Below, in pieces: positions 35,186 through 44,164 of a DNA stretch of 64,000 nt. This DNA is from an uncultured Verrucomicrobiae bacterium (GTDB lineage Bacteria > Verrucomicrobiota > Verrucomicrobiia > Limisphaerales > UBA11358). Position numbers and translations under genes: made by a program. Within the stretch, counting starts at the first letter, position 1, and each line of letters opens with the position of its first letter. The DNA is taken from positions 94,648-158,647 of the forward strand of contig CAVPTH010000009.1 in NCBI GenBank assembly GCA_963708525.1, read 5' to 3'. A model generated the notes under the pieces. The model worked only from the letters and a program-made list of their open reading frames with translations, was not told the DNA's origin and made no database searches.

Positions 35186-37751
35186 TCACCGTTAAATTGG
35201 CGTTAGAACTAAGTGTGGCGCCGTAAACGTTCGTTATCTCCACCGAGTACGTCCCCGCCTCACTGAATTGCACATTGGTCAAAGTCAGGGTGGCATTCGT
35301 CGCTCCTGTGATATTTGTCGTGTTGAAAGTCCATTGATAAACGAATGGTTTGGTGCCCACCGCCACCACAGCAAACTGGGCGGTTCCGTTCAGACCTACT
35401 GTGACATCGGCAGGTTCCTGGGTAATTACCGGCAGAGAGGGAATAATGGTCAACAGCACATTGGAGCTTATCGCAGTGCCGGCGGCGTTGCTCACAATGA
35501 CGTTGTAATATCCCACGTCGGCCCCGAAAGCATTGCTGATGATCAGATTCGGCGTCGTAGAGCCCGAAATGTTTCCTCCATCTATCAGGTTATTGCTGTT
35601 GTACTGCCACTGATAATATAACGGCAAGCCTCCGGTGGCCGTTACCGTGAACATAACCGCTTGCCCGTCCAACACCGCCTGGTTGGTCGGTTGCTGGTAA
35701 TCGTCGGAGGACTGAGCACCGCCAAAGCAAACTGACGGCTCCTGTCCGACCTGGTCATTCAAATTGGTGAACCAGACCGTCGCATAGTAAGTCCCGACCA
35801 GGAGGTTGCTGGCAACTGAATTCAAACTGATAACTACATTGGTTGCCGGTCCACCATGGGCCAATGTACCGCCACTGGCCGAAGCGTTAAGCCACAATGA
35901 CGTGTTGACCAGGCTCCAAGTCAGCAAATTGGTTCCCACGTTGGTCAGCGAGAAGTTCTGCTTTGTCACGGTGAAAGGACCACCCACCCCGCCCAGAGAT
36001 GTAAATCCGATGTTCGGGGTGATCTGCAGGGCCTCCGGATTGGCCAATGCACTGATCAGCTTTTGTCCATTGGGGGTGCCCCAACCGGTACATAAATCGT
36101 AACCGGTCACTGCGTAGAACTTGGTCGGGCTGAAAGGACTGGTATTGTTGCCAGTGGTGATATCGTGGAAACACGCCGTATAATTAGGACCGCTGCCAAT
36201 CGTATCAACCGCGGGATTGATAAAGCCCACCGCCGGTGCACCCGTAGCCGACGCCTGTTGATTCACCAGTGCTGTAAATCCCGCCCATAGTGGCGCGGCA
36301 CAACTGGTGCCTCCGACGTTGTAATCAGAGCCGTTGGCCCGAACATAAACATTGTCCGCCGTCAACGCTACATCTGGCGTGTTCCGCATTGTCGTCGATC
36401 CCTGGCTGGCCGTCATGTTGATATTCGTCTGCCAAAACGGAATCGGATATTGTGTGCTGATCCCACCGCCGCTGCCTATCCCATTGTCCCAATTCCACAC
36501 CCTCTCGGATACCCATACCCCACTTGCATTGCTCGTAGTCAATGTGGTTCCACCCACTTGAGTGATGTTGGTGCTGTCTCCCGGAAAATCAATCAGTCCG
36601 GTATAGGCATCGTAATCACCGGAAGCATTGTAGAAGGACTGTCCTTGTGCAGCCATCTCCTTCCAGACCTGCTCAGCCGCCGGCTCGGCCGGTCCGTTAG
36701 GGGCATACCAGGAACAACTCAATTGCTTGGCCAGATTGTCCGTGGCCATGCGATTGAGAATGTCCTCAAATGGACTCGGATTTGGAGCTTCGTAAACCAT
36801 CACCCGCGACAATCCGGGTGCCATTGAAATTGCCATTTCGATGTCCAGTGATACTTCTACTTCCCCGCCGGTGTGCGAAGGATTCCCGGTGGCACCATCG
36901 ATCAATACATTCGTCAACGTCACGTTCGGCAAGCCGGCCTTGTTTGCATAGTAAGTAATGTCGCTGGCCGTATAACCGTCGAATTGCAGCAGCCCCACCA
37001 CTTGTCCTGTTCCGTTCAACGTTGTGTCCGGGACATAAGCCGCGCGAAAATCGTTTCCCATGAAGGCGCCGCCGGGACCTGAACCAGCGTTGGATGTTAT
37101 CCCCTGTCCTTGAATCATCGACTTAACCCGATAATGCGGCCGCGGCAACGAATAACTGTTCAGCCCGCCAATACTCAAGATCGGCACCGCCAAATCCACC
37201 GTCGGTTCCTTATCCGGCGCGTAGAACGTTCGCGCTTCTCTCGGATGGTGATACTCCTGCAGGTTCACATGCATTACCCGTTCGATGTCGCCCACCGACG
37301 CGCGCACGTCCACCAGCATCCGGTTGGGATGCACGGTCGTCACCGTCAGCCCGTTGGCTTTGGCAAACGCGATCACTGCCTGATAATCCTGTTCCGTGGG
37401 CCCAAATCGTTCGGTGAACTGTTCGGGGGTCAGGTAATGATGGTAGTTCGGACTGGCCGGGTCATAGATTTCCCGGAGCAAATGGTCCAGGGCTTCGGGG
37501 TTGCGCAGTGGCAACCCGATGGCCAGATTTAAACGTTGGGAACGGTCCATTGCTCCGATGGGTTGCAAACCGGCGGTTGCCGCAGGCAACCGGACGGGCA
37601 CCACCTGCAGCTCAGCTGCTTGGCTGGTGAAAGCAAGCGGAGAAATCGTAACTGCCAAAGTCGTCCCGAGGAAAACGGCAGCCTTTTGGCACCAATTTAT
37701 TCGCCAGTCAACCAACCATTGAAGTATTTCCATAGCAAACTCCTGATTCAT
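35175..37751 (-). CDS. Peptidase S53 (sedolisin/kumamolisin-like) with pro-kumamolisin activation domain and C-terminal Ig-like domains
   Basis: Signal peptide present. The prodomain reads LRNPEALDHLLREIYDPASPNYHHYLTPEQFTERFGP. Catalytic elements are GGEVEVSLDIEM, NASGDYDAY and GGTSCAAPLWAG. There are two C-terminal Ig repeats (PLYYQWQY.., KPFVYQWTFNTTNITGATN). Confidence 0.88.
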   Translation of the reverse strand: MNQEFAMEILQWLVDWRINWCQKAAVFLGTTLAVTISPLAFTSQAAELQVVPVRLPAATAGLQPIGAMDRSQRLNLAIGLPLRNPEALDHLLREIYDPASPNYHHYLTPEQFTERFGPTEQDYQAVIAFAKANGLTVTTVHPNRMLVDVRASVGDIERVMHVNLQEYHHPREARTFYAPDKEPTVDLAVPILSIGGLNSYSLPRPHYRVKSMIQGQGITSNAGSGPGGAFMGNDFRAAYVPDTTLNGTGQVVGLLQFDGYTASDITYYANKAGLPNVTLTNVLIDGATGNPSHTGGEVEVSLDIEMAISMAPGLSRVMVYEAPNPSPFEDILNRMATDNLAKQLSCSWYAPNGPAEPAAEQVWKEMAAQGQSFYNASGDYDAYTGLIDFPGDSTNITQVGGTTLTTSNASGVWVSERVWNWDNGIGSGGGISTQYPIPFWQTNINMTASQGSTTMRNTPDVALTADNVYVRANGSDYNVGGTSCAAPLWAGFTALVNQQASATGAPAVGFINPAVDTIGSGPNYTACFHDITTGNNTSPFSPTKFYAVTGYDLCTGWGTPNGQKLISALANPEALQITPNIGFTSLGGVGGPFTVTKQNFSLTNVGTNLLTWSLVNTSLWLNASASGGTLAHGGPATNVVISLNSVASNLLVGTYYATVWFTNLNDQVGQEPSVCFGGAQSSDDYQQPTNQAVLDGQAVMFTVTATGGLPLYYQWQYNSNNLIDGGNISGSTTPNLIISNAFGADVGYYNVIVSNAAGTAISSNVLLTIIPSLPVITQEPADVTVGLNGTAQFAVVAVGTKPFVYQWTFNTTNITGATNATLTLTNVQFSEAGTYSVEITNVYGATLSSNANLTVIAL

Positions 37752-38111
37752 CCAGTTATCGGTGAGTTCAAACCTCTTGTTAGAGAACTATTTGCCCGAA
37801 TATTTGTTTGGATGCTTTGCCTATAATTCTATAAGATAACCTGTTCATGATCAAGTTACTTTTGAAAAACTATTGAAATGTAACATTCAAATGAGAGATG
37901 TCTTAACGCATAGTTAAGTCATTCAATCAAGCTCGTAACCTGTTATATTGGAGCGCATTATCTGACTCCAGTCAGCAGCCGTATTTTTGGTTTGAAACCG
38001 CCGGCATGCCAAACCCAAACCGATGCGTCATTTCCCTTATGAAGCTCAAGCTCTTTTGTCGTGATTGCCAATCACGGTGAATAACTCCACACTGTTTGAA
38101 AAGTCAGAGGA

Positions 38112-38888
38112 TTGATGAGAAGCCCTCCACCCAACCCGAAGAGCCCACCAGTGAAACTGTTGTCCGTGGTGATCCCCGCCCGCGATGAAGAGGGTTGTAT
38201 TGCCTCGACCGTCGAGCATTTGCATTTGGAACTGCGCCTGCAAAATGTCCCGCACGAAATTGTGGTGGTGGATGACGGCAGCACCGATACCACCTGGGAG
38301 ATTCTGTCCAGGTTGAAAAACGAGGTGGGGGAACTGAATCCGTGCAAAAATCCGCCGCCGCATGGTTTTGGACGCGCGGTGATCCAGGGATTGGACCACT
38401 CAAGAGGCGATGCGATCGTCATCATGATGGCCGATGAATCAGACGATTGCCGTGACGTGGTTCGATATTGGAAACTGCTGAACGAAGGTTACGATTGTGT
38501 CTTTGGCAGCCGTTTTGTGGCGGGAGGCGGGGTAATTGACTATCCCCGCTTCAAGCTGTTACTCAATCGACTGGCCAATTTTTTCATTCGAGTTTTGTTT
38601 AGAATCAAACTCAACGATATCACCAACGCTTTCAAGGCCTATCGGCGCGAAGTCATCGACGGCTGCCGACCTTTAATTTCGTCGCACTTCAACCTGACGG
38701 TGGAACTGCCGCTCAAAGCCATCGTCCGGGGGTTTTCGTGGAACACCATGCCCATCACCTGGCGTAACCGCCGAACCGGAACGCCGAAACTGAAAATCAA
38801 GGAGATGGGAAGCCGTTATCTCTTTATCTGCCTGTATGTTTGGCTGGAAAAGTACTTCAGCCGGGGTGATTATCGTAGAAAATTATGA
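38112..38888 (+). CDS. Family-2 glycosyltransferase of the polyprenol-phosphate sugar synthase type (GtrB/DPM1/ArnC-like)
   Basis: LSVVIPARDEEGCI, VVVDDGSTDTT, MMADESDD (DxD-like), NDITNAFKAYRREV and a C-terminal hydrophobic helix. The likely start is ATG 38115. Confidence 0.8.
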   Translation: MMRSPPPNPKSPPVKLLSVVIPARDEEGCIASTVEHLHLELRLQNVPHEIVVVDDGSTDTTWEILSRLKNEVGELNPCKNPPPHGFGRAVIQGLDHSRGDAIVIMMADESDDCRDVVRYWKLLNEGYDCVFGSRFVAGGGVIDYPRFKLLLNRLANFFIRVLFRIKLNDITNAFKAYRREVIDGCRPLISSHFNLTVELPLKAIVRGFSWNTMPITWRNRRTGTPKLKIKEMGSRYLFICLYVWLEKYFSRGDYRRKL

Positions 38889-39613
38889 TCCATAGTGAAA
38901 GCGAGCTCGCAACGATTTACGATCAACGGTTCAAAGGCAGACAAGATTACCGTAATCGTATGTGGCGGGTTTTGGTCACTGATTTCCTGCAAACCTATGT
39001 TCCGTTCGATGGGGCGGTATTGGATCTTGGCTGTGGTTATGGAGAATTTATCAACCACATTCGATGCCGCACCAAGTTTGGAATGGATATGAATCCCGAT
39101 ACTGCCAGACGCTTGTCTGCCGATGTTCAGTTTTTGCAGCAGGACTGCTCGATTGCCTGGAATCTTCCAGAGGCATCGCTGGATGTGATTTTTACCAGCA
39201 ACTTTTTCGAGCACCTTCCGAATAAACAGGTGTTGGCCTCGATCTTGAAGCAGGCATTTCGCTCCCTGAAGCCCGGCGGAAAGCTGATCGCATTGGGACC
39301 CAATATCAAATTCCTGTCGGGAGCGTATTGGGATTTTTGGGACCACCATCTGCCCTTGACAGAAAAGTCATTGGAAGAAGGGCTCAAAATTCACGGCTTT
39401 GAAGTGGTTTGTTGCAGAGACAGGTTTCTGCCTTACAGGATGCCCCAGGGAGTCCAGTATCCGATTTTATTTCTCAAGCTCTATTTAAAACTTCCGTTTG
39501 CCTGGCGCATCTGGGGAAGGCAGTTTTTCCTGGTTGCTCAGAGACCGAAAGCCAGCCTGGAGGCCGTCCGAGATAGCGCTCAAACCATTCCGGGGTTGCC
39601 GGCCACGCTTTGA
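38885..39613 (+). CDS. Class I SAM-dependent methyltransferase
   Basis: 242 aa with VLDLGCGYGEFI (motif I) and DVIFTSNFFEHL. ATGA overlap with the upstream GT2. Confidence 0.8.
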   Translation: MIHSESELATIYDQRFKGRQDYRNRMWRVLVTDFLQTYVPFDGAVLDLGCGYGEFINHIRCRTKFGMDMNPDTARRLSADVQFLQQDCSIAWNLPEASLDVIFTSNFFEHLPNKQVLASILKQAFRSLKPGGKLIALGPNIKFLSGAYWDFWDHHLPLTEKSLEEGLKIHGFEVVCCRDRFLPYRMPQGVQYPILFLKLYLKLPFAWRIWGRQFFLVAQRPKASLEAVRDSAQTIPGLPATL

Positions 39614-39623
39614 ACCGGACGAG

Positions 39624-40695
39624 ATGAACACACTAAAAGCTAAAATCATTTGTCTATTTGTCGCGTTGTCGCTGACGGTTACCTATTACTACGTCGTCAA
39701 ACCGTATGCAATGGGCACTCCGGGGAATGGGACGAATTTCTGGGTTTTTTCGGCCATGTCCCAAACCAGCCCCCATCTAAGTGCGATTTACCCCGTCTGG
39801 CGCTCTCGCGTTGGGGGTATGTGGATTACGGGAAAACTGGTGGACAGTGCAGTGAAGAATGGCGAACTCCGGATTGAAGACGTGCAACAGTTATTTGGGC
39901 TCTACCAGTCTGCGTGGCTCTTTCTGTTTTTTTTGATGCTGATTTTTCTTGTGGACGATCCGTTATTCGTCGTCACGGCCTGTTTTGCCTGCATGTTGTA
40001 CATGTTCACACCCAGGGCGAATTATTACTCCTACCCTTGGGATTTGCCGGGCATGATCTTTTTCACATTGAATTATCTCCTTTGGCGTAAAAAGCGTTTC
40101 AATCTTATGCTATTGGTGCTGTTCGTGGGTTATTTCTTCAAGGAAACCATCATTTTATCCGGGGTGTTGTTCTTTTTTACCGACCTGACAAAAGCCTATA
40201 AGATCCGATATCTCGCGGCTACGGCTGGCATTGCTTTCTTAATGAAAGCCGGAATTACTTTGGTCATCGACGGTAGAATCTCATTCGTCACCAACCAGTT
40301 CATCTCGGGTACCTCGGACGAACGGTTCTAAAAACTTCCAACTCCTCATTAATCTGAAGGACTTGGCCACACCGACCCTGAATCATTTCATTTTCACGAA
40401 TGGTGGCACTTTTCTCATTTCCCTGTGTCTGCCAATGAAGACGCAGGTTGAAAAAGGGACAAAAGCGGTGATCGGCATCTTCGCTTTGGCTGCGCTTTTG
40501 GCCGGTGCCTTGAACGAATTTCGAATCATGTTGGATATCCTGCCGATTTCCATTCTAGCCATCCGCGAATATCTGGTAAATCCACGTAACGCGGTTGTCT
40601 CTGATCAGATCCCGGACAAACGATCGCCTTCCAAAATTGAACGGGCGGGCAAAACCATCGATTCCCGGAAAATTGCTGCCAATGATAAAAAATGA
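39624..40695 (+). CDS. Polytopic membrane protein of unknown function; may be one gene (39624-40331 plus 40363-40695) joined across a 1-nt frameshift near 40320
   Basis: Start at MNTLKAKIICLFVALSL. Several hydrophobic segments are present. The downstream 110-aa ORF is also hydrophobic, and its frame is open back through the stop of the first ORF. Confidence 0.5.
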
Positions 40696-40800
40696 CTTGC
40701 GGAAAACTATTCTTGATTTGGTGTCCCGTCAAGCGATTGACCGCAGAAACTGCGGGCGGAAAACTTTTTCCTTCTGCCGCCTGACTACAGCACACATTGC

Positions 40801-41832
40801 ATGAAAATTCTGGTCACTGGCTCAAATGGATTGATTGGTTCTGAAGCGGTCATTTATTTCGACCGCGAAGGACACGAAGTCATCGGCGTTGATAACAACC
40901 TGCGGCGCGAGTTTTTCGGGCCGGCGGGCGACACCTTGTGGAATTTGGAACACCTGAAAAAGACCGCCCGTCGTTTTCGCCACTTGAGTCTGGACATCCG
41001 GGACCGGCAAAAAATCCTTGACCTGTTCAAGCAGGAGCGGTTCGACCTGATCGTCCACTGTGCCGCACAACCTTCGCACGACAAAGCGGCTGAGATCCCA
41101 TTTATTGATTTTGATGTCAATGCCGGCGGCACCCTGAACCTGCTCGAGGCCACCCGGCAATCAAACAAGGAAGCCGTTTTCATTTTCATGTCCACGAACA
41201 AGGTATACGGTGATGCGCCCAACGAAATCCCCTTGAAGGAACTGCCCACGCGCTGGGATTATGCGCGACCCGAAGACTGGCATGGCGTAAATGAAAATTG
41301 TCGGATTGATCACACCCTGCACAGCCTTTTTGGGGCCAGCAAAACCGCAGCGGACGTGGTGGCACAGGAGTACGGCCGTTATTTCAAAATGAACGTCGGC
41401 ATTTTTCGCGGCGGCTGTCTCACCGGCGAACATCATTCCGGCGCTCAGGCGCACGGGTTTTTGTCGTACCTGATGAAAGTCGCGAAAGCCGGCCAGACGT
41501 ACTCCATTTTTGGTTATCAGGGCAAGCAGGTGCGGGATCAGATCCACAGCTCCGATGTCATTTTAGCTTTTGTGGAATTTGCGAAAAATCCCCGGCCCGG
41601 CGAGGTGTATAATCTCGGTGGCGGACGCGAAAATGCCGCGTCCTTGCTGGAATGCGTGTCGAAAATCGAAGGCCTGCTGGGTTGCAAAGTCCAAACCGAA
41701 TACGTGGATCAGGCGCGCAAAGGCGACCACATCTGTTACATCAGTGATTTGCGAAAACTAAAAAGCCACTACCCGAACTGGCGAATCACCCAGTCGCTGG
41801 ATCAAATCCTGGAACGGATGGCAGCGACTTGA
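40801..41832 (+). CDS. CDP-paratose/tyvelose 2-epimerase-like NAD-dependent epimerase (extended SDR)
   Basis: [48 protein letters not shown] and [13 protein letters not shown] resemble Salmonella RfbE as I recall it. Confidence 0.75.
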   Translation: MKILVTGSNGLIGSEAVIYFDREGHEVIGVDNNLRREFFGPAGDTLWNLEHLKKTARRFRHLSLDIRDRQKILDLFKQERFDLIVHCAAQPSHDKAAEIPFIDFDVNAGGTLNLLEATRQSNKEAVFIFMSTNKVYGDAPNEIPLKELPTRWDYARPEDWHGVNENCRIDHTLHSLFGASKTAADVVAQEYGRYFKMNVGIFRGGCLTGEHHSGAQAHGFLSYLMKVAKAGQTYSIFGYQGKQVRDQIHSSDVILAFVEFAKNPRPGEVYNLGGGRENAASLLECVSKIEGLLGCKVQTEYVDQARKGDHICYISDLRKLKSHYPNWRITQSLDQILERMAAT

Positions 41833-42931
41833 TATCCCCAAAATTCAGGCTTAAAGATCGGCCGACACATTCCAGCCAGTCCTTGTGCGCGTGCGCATGC
41901 TGTGCCACTTCGTCAAAGATTTCCGTAAGCTTCGTCTGAGGCTGCCAGTTCCAGAATGCGGCGGCCCGATTTGAATCCATGATCATCCACGGAATATCAA
42001 ATTGACGCGGGGTCGGATCGGCCTCGATTTTGTGCTCGCCAAACTGATCGGCGCACCAACGGCTGAGTTGCAACAAGGAAAAGGCATTGGCCGGTCCACC
42101 GCCGAAATTAAAAATCCGATCTTCCGGCCGGTCATGGTAAGCAAACTGTCTGAGCAAAACGGGCACCAAATCCCGCGGATGAAGGACATCACGCGTCTGG
42201 TGTCCACGGCCATTAAAGCCGATGTACTTGAGCGGACGACGACGCAAACAGGCATTGATCCAAAAGCTGACGATGCCTTGATCGGCGCGCCCGAATTGTC
42301 CCGCCCCCGCCAATACCCCGCAACGGTTAATCCAAACCGGCAATTCGAATGCCTCACCGTATTCGAGCGCAAGAAATTCCGAGGCCAGTTTGCTCGCGCC
42401 ATACAGGGAGAGCGGCGGCCGGGTGGAGAAGTCTTCGGTCACACCTTGCGCCGAAATGCCTTCGGGAAGCGGTTTGCCCGAATCGAGCGTGAACGCTCCG
42501 TTCTTCTCCGACATTGGCAGTCCGGCCAGGGCATGAATGGAATACACCCGGCTCGTGCTCAATAGAGTGAAACCCGCTTTATGCCGCTTGCAGAACTCCA
42601 ATACATTGATGGTGGACACCAGATTGTGGTCGAGAATCTGACGGCTGCTGGTCTTGCCATCCACACCAGCCAGCACGCTGGGATTGGCCGCTGCGTCAAT
42701 CACCCAATCGAACACCGGCAGCGCATCCAAATCCGACGCCAGGCGCAAGTCACCATGATAAAGTTTTATCCCCCGCTGTCGCAGCAGGTGTCGGTTCGTT
42801 TCACTGCCGGCGCGGGAAAAATTGTCCAGGCCAGAGATGATCAGCGGTTCACCGGTACGGCGTTGATCCTGCAGGGCACAGGCAATCGTTGAGCCGACAA
42901 ACCCACAAATCCCCGTAATCAGCAGTCTCAT
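41786..42931 (-). CDS. Second CDP-paratose/tyvelose 2-epimerase-like NAD-dependent epimerase (paralog)
   Basis: Start at [14 protein letters not shown], with [26 protein letters not shown] and [13 protein letters not shown]. Its 3' end overlaps the convergent paralog by 47 bp. Confidence 0.75.
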   Translation of the reverse strand: MRLLITGICGFVGSTIACALQDQRRTGEPLIISGLDNFSRAGSETNRHLLRQRGIKLYHGDLRLASDLDALPVFDWVIDAAANPSVLAGVDGKTSSRQILDHNLVSTINVLEFCKRHKAGFTLLSTSRVYSIHALAGLPMSEKNGAFTLDSGKPLPEGISAQGVTEDFSTRPPLSLYGASKLASEFLALEYGEAFELPVWINRCGVLAGAGQFGRADQGIVSFWINACLRRRPLKYIGFNGRGHQTRDVLHPRDLVPVLLRQFAYHDRPEDRIFNFGGGPANAFSLLQLSRWCADQFGEHKIEADPTPRQFDIPWMIMDSNRAAAFWNWQPQTKLTEIFDEVAQHAHAHKDWLECVGRSLSLNFGDIKSLPSVPGFDPATG

Positions 42932-43234
42932 CGTTGTGGAGTCATTTAGACTGGTAAATTTGGCAAAAAGCAAGTTCGGTTTCTCAGGTTCGAGCCAGTT
43001 CCCGTGCTTTCTGCTTTCAGTTTACTGGTTATCAACACCCTGGTGCAATTCAGCTGCTGCCGGAGGGCTGAATTGCGTCTTAATCCTCCGAACCGGCGAC
43101 TTGGCAGCGTATGAATATAGGATTCCTGTATTTCACTTCCTGATGGCTGAATGCAAAACAAAATGCAATGCCATTAGTATCAAACGTATCATTGGAGCGC
43201 AGGCAAACCTCCAAACCGGAGCTCAAAAGAAAAA

Positions 43235-44041
43235 TTATCGAACTCGCTGCCAAAATCTTCCCTGGCCGTCTATGTCTTGTATTTCTTCGCTGATGCCATG
43301 TTTATTCCGATAATCCTGTACCGCCTTTTCACACATGGGCAGCGAGTAATCATCCACAATCAGATATCCTCCAGCCGAAAGCTTCGGATACAGCGCTGTC
43401 AGCGCGTCCATCGTGGATTCGTACAAGTCTCCATCCAACCTGGCTATCGCCAGTTTGGAAATTGGCGCGCCGGGCAATGTGTCCTTGAACCAGCCTTTTA
43501 GAAATCGCACCTGGTCGTCCATCAAATCATAGGCGGCGAAGTTTGCTTTGACCTGTTCCAACGACACTTTCAATTCCTTTACAAAATATTGCAGGTCACC
43601 GGCATCGGCAGGGTACTTTTTTGAGTTCGGCTTGGGCAAACCTTCGAACGAATCGGCAACCCACACAGTGCGATCCGTCACGCCCCACACTTTGAGCAAG
43701 GCTTTCATGAAAATAACTGAGCCACCCCGCCACACCCCGGTTTCAATAAAATCTCCAGGGATACTGTTCTTAATGACGTCTTCGACACAAAATTGCAGAT
43801 TGTTCAGTCGTTTCTGGCCAATCATCGTTTGGGCTTGGATCGGCCAACCCAAGCCGCGCTCGATTTCGTCCTGAGTCATCAACTTATGGCACCGGACATC
43901 AGGCCACAGCATTCCAAGTAACATCCGGGCTGGAAATGTCTGGGGCCAGATTTTGCCGGTCATTCCCGGGTAAATCAATCCGCTCAAGCACCGCTTCATC
44001 AGGCCGATATAAAGCTCGTTAATGTTAGTTGGTTTACTCAT
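43235..44041 (-). CDS. TylF/MycF-family (macrocin-O-methyltransferase-like) SAM-dependent O-methyltransferase
   Basis: Start at MSKPTNINELY, with GDFIETGVWRGGS, VWVADSFEGLP and ARLDGDLYEST, characteristic of the TylF family. Confidence 0.8.
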   Translation of the reverse strand: MSKPTNINELYIGLMKRCLSGLIYPGMTGKIWPQTFPARMLLGMLWPDVRCHKLMTQDEIERGLGWPIQAQTMIGQKRLNNLQFCVEDVIKNSIPGDFIETGVWRGGSVIFMKALLKVWGVTDRTVWVADSFEGLPKPNSKKYPADAGDLQYFVKELKVSLEQVKANFAAYDLMDDQVRFLKGWFKDTLPGAPISKLAIARLDGDLYESTMDALTALYPKLSAGGYLIVDDYSLPMCEKAVQDYRNKHGISEEIQDIDGQGRFWQRVR

Positions 44042-44051
44042 TCTCAAAAAA

Positions 44052-44080
44052 ACATAACAATTGGTCTCCAAACCTGTCAA
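44052..44080 (-). promoter_or_regulatory. Candidate sigma70-type promoter for the TylF-like methyltransferase
   Basis: On the minus strand: TTGACA (44080-44075), a 17-nt spacer, then TTATGT (44057-52), about 10 nt before the ATG. Confidence 0.35.
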
Positions 44081-44164
44081 GGCATCGTGGCAGTGATGCT
44101 TCATAATCTTGACAGCCAGAACTGGAAAATTGATGATTAAGTTTTGAACGCCTGACGCGCATCT

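Noticed and set aside
37946-37958. An 11-mer, ATTGGAGCGCA, shared between the AT-rich spacers at about 37948 and about 43190.
   Set aside because: In 64 kb, hundreds of 11-mer coincidences are expected by chance (roughly N^2/2 divided by 4^11). There is no extended similarity or positional logic.
42987-42996. A tRNA T-arm-like GGTTCGAGCC in the 300-bp intergenic region 42932-43234.
   Set aside because: The flanking bases do not form a T-stem (CTCAG/TCAGG has no complement after the loop). No acceptor, D or anticodon arms could be drawn.
43045-43077. A perfect 10-bp hairpin (GCAATTCAGC / GCTGAATTGC, 13-nt loop) considered as a terminator.
   Set aside because: It has no U-tract on either strand and lies about 160 nt from the nearest gene end. 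It may be structural or regulatory, but the evidence is insufficient to call.
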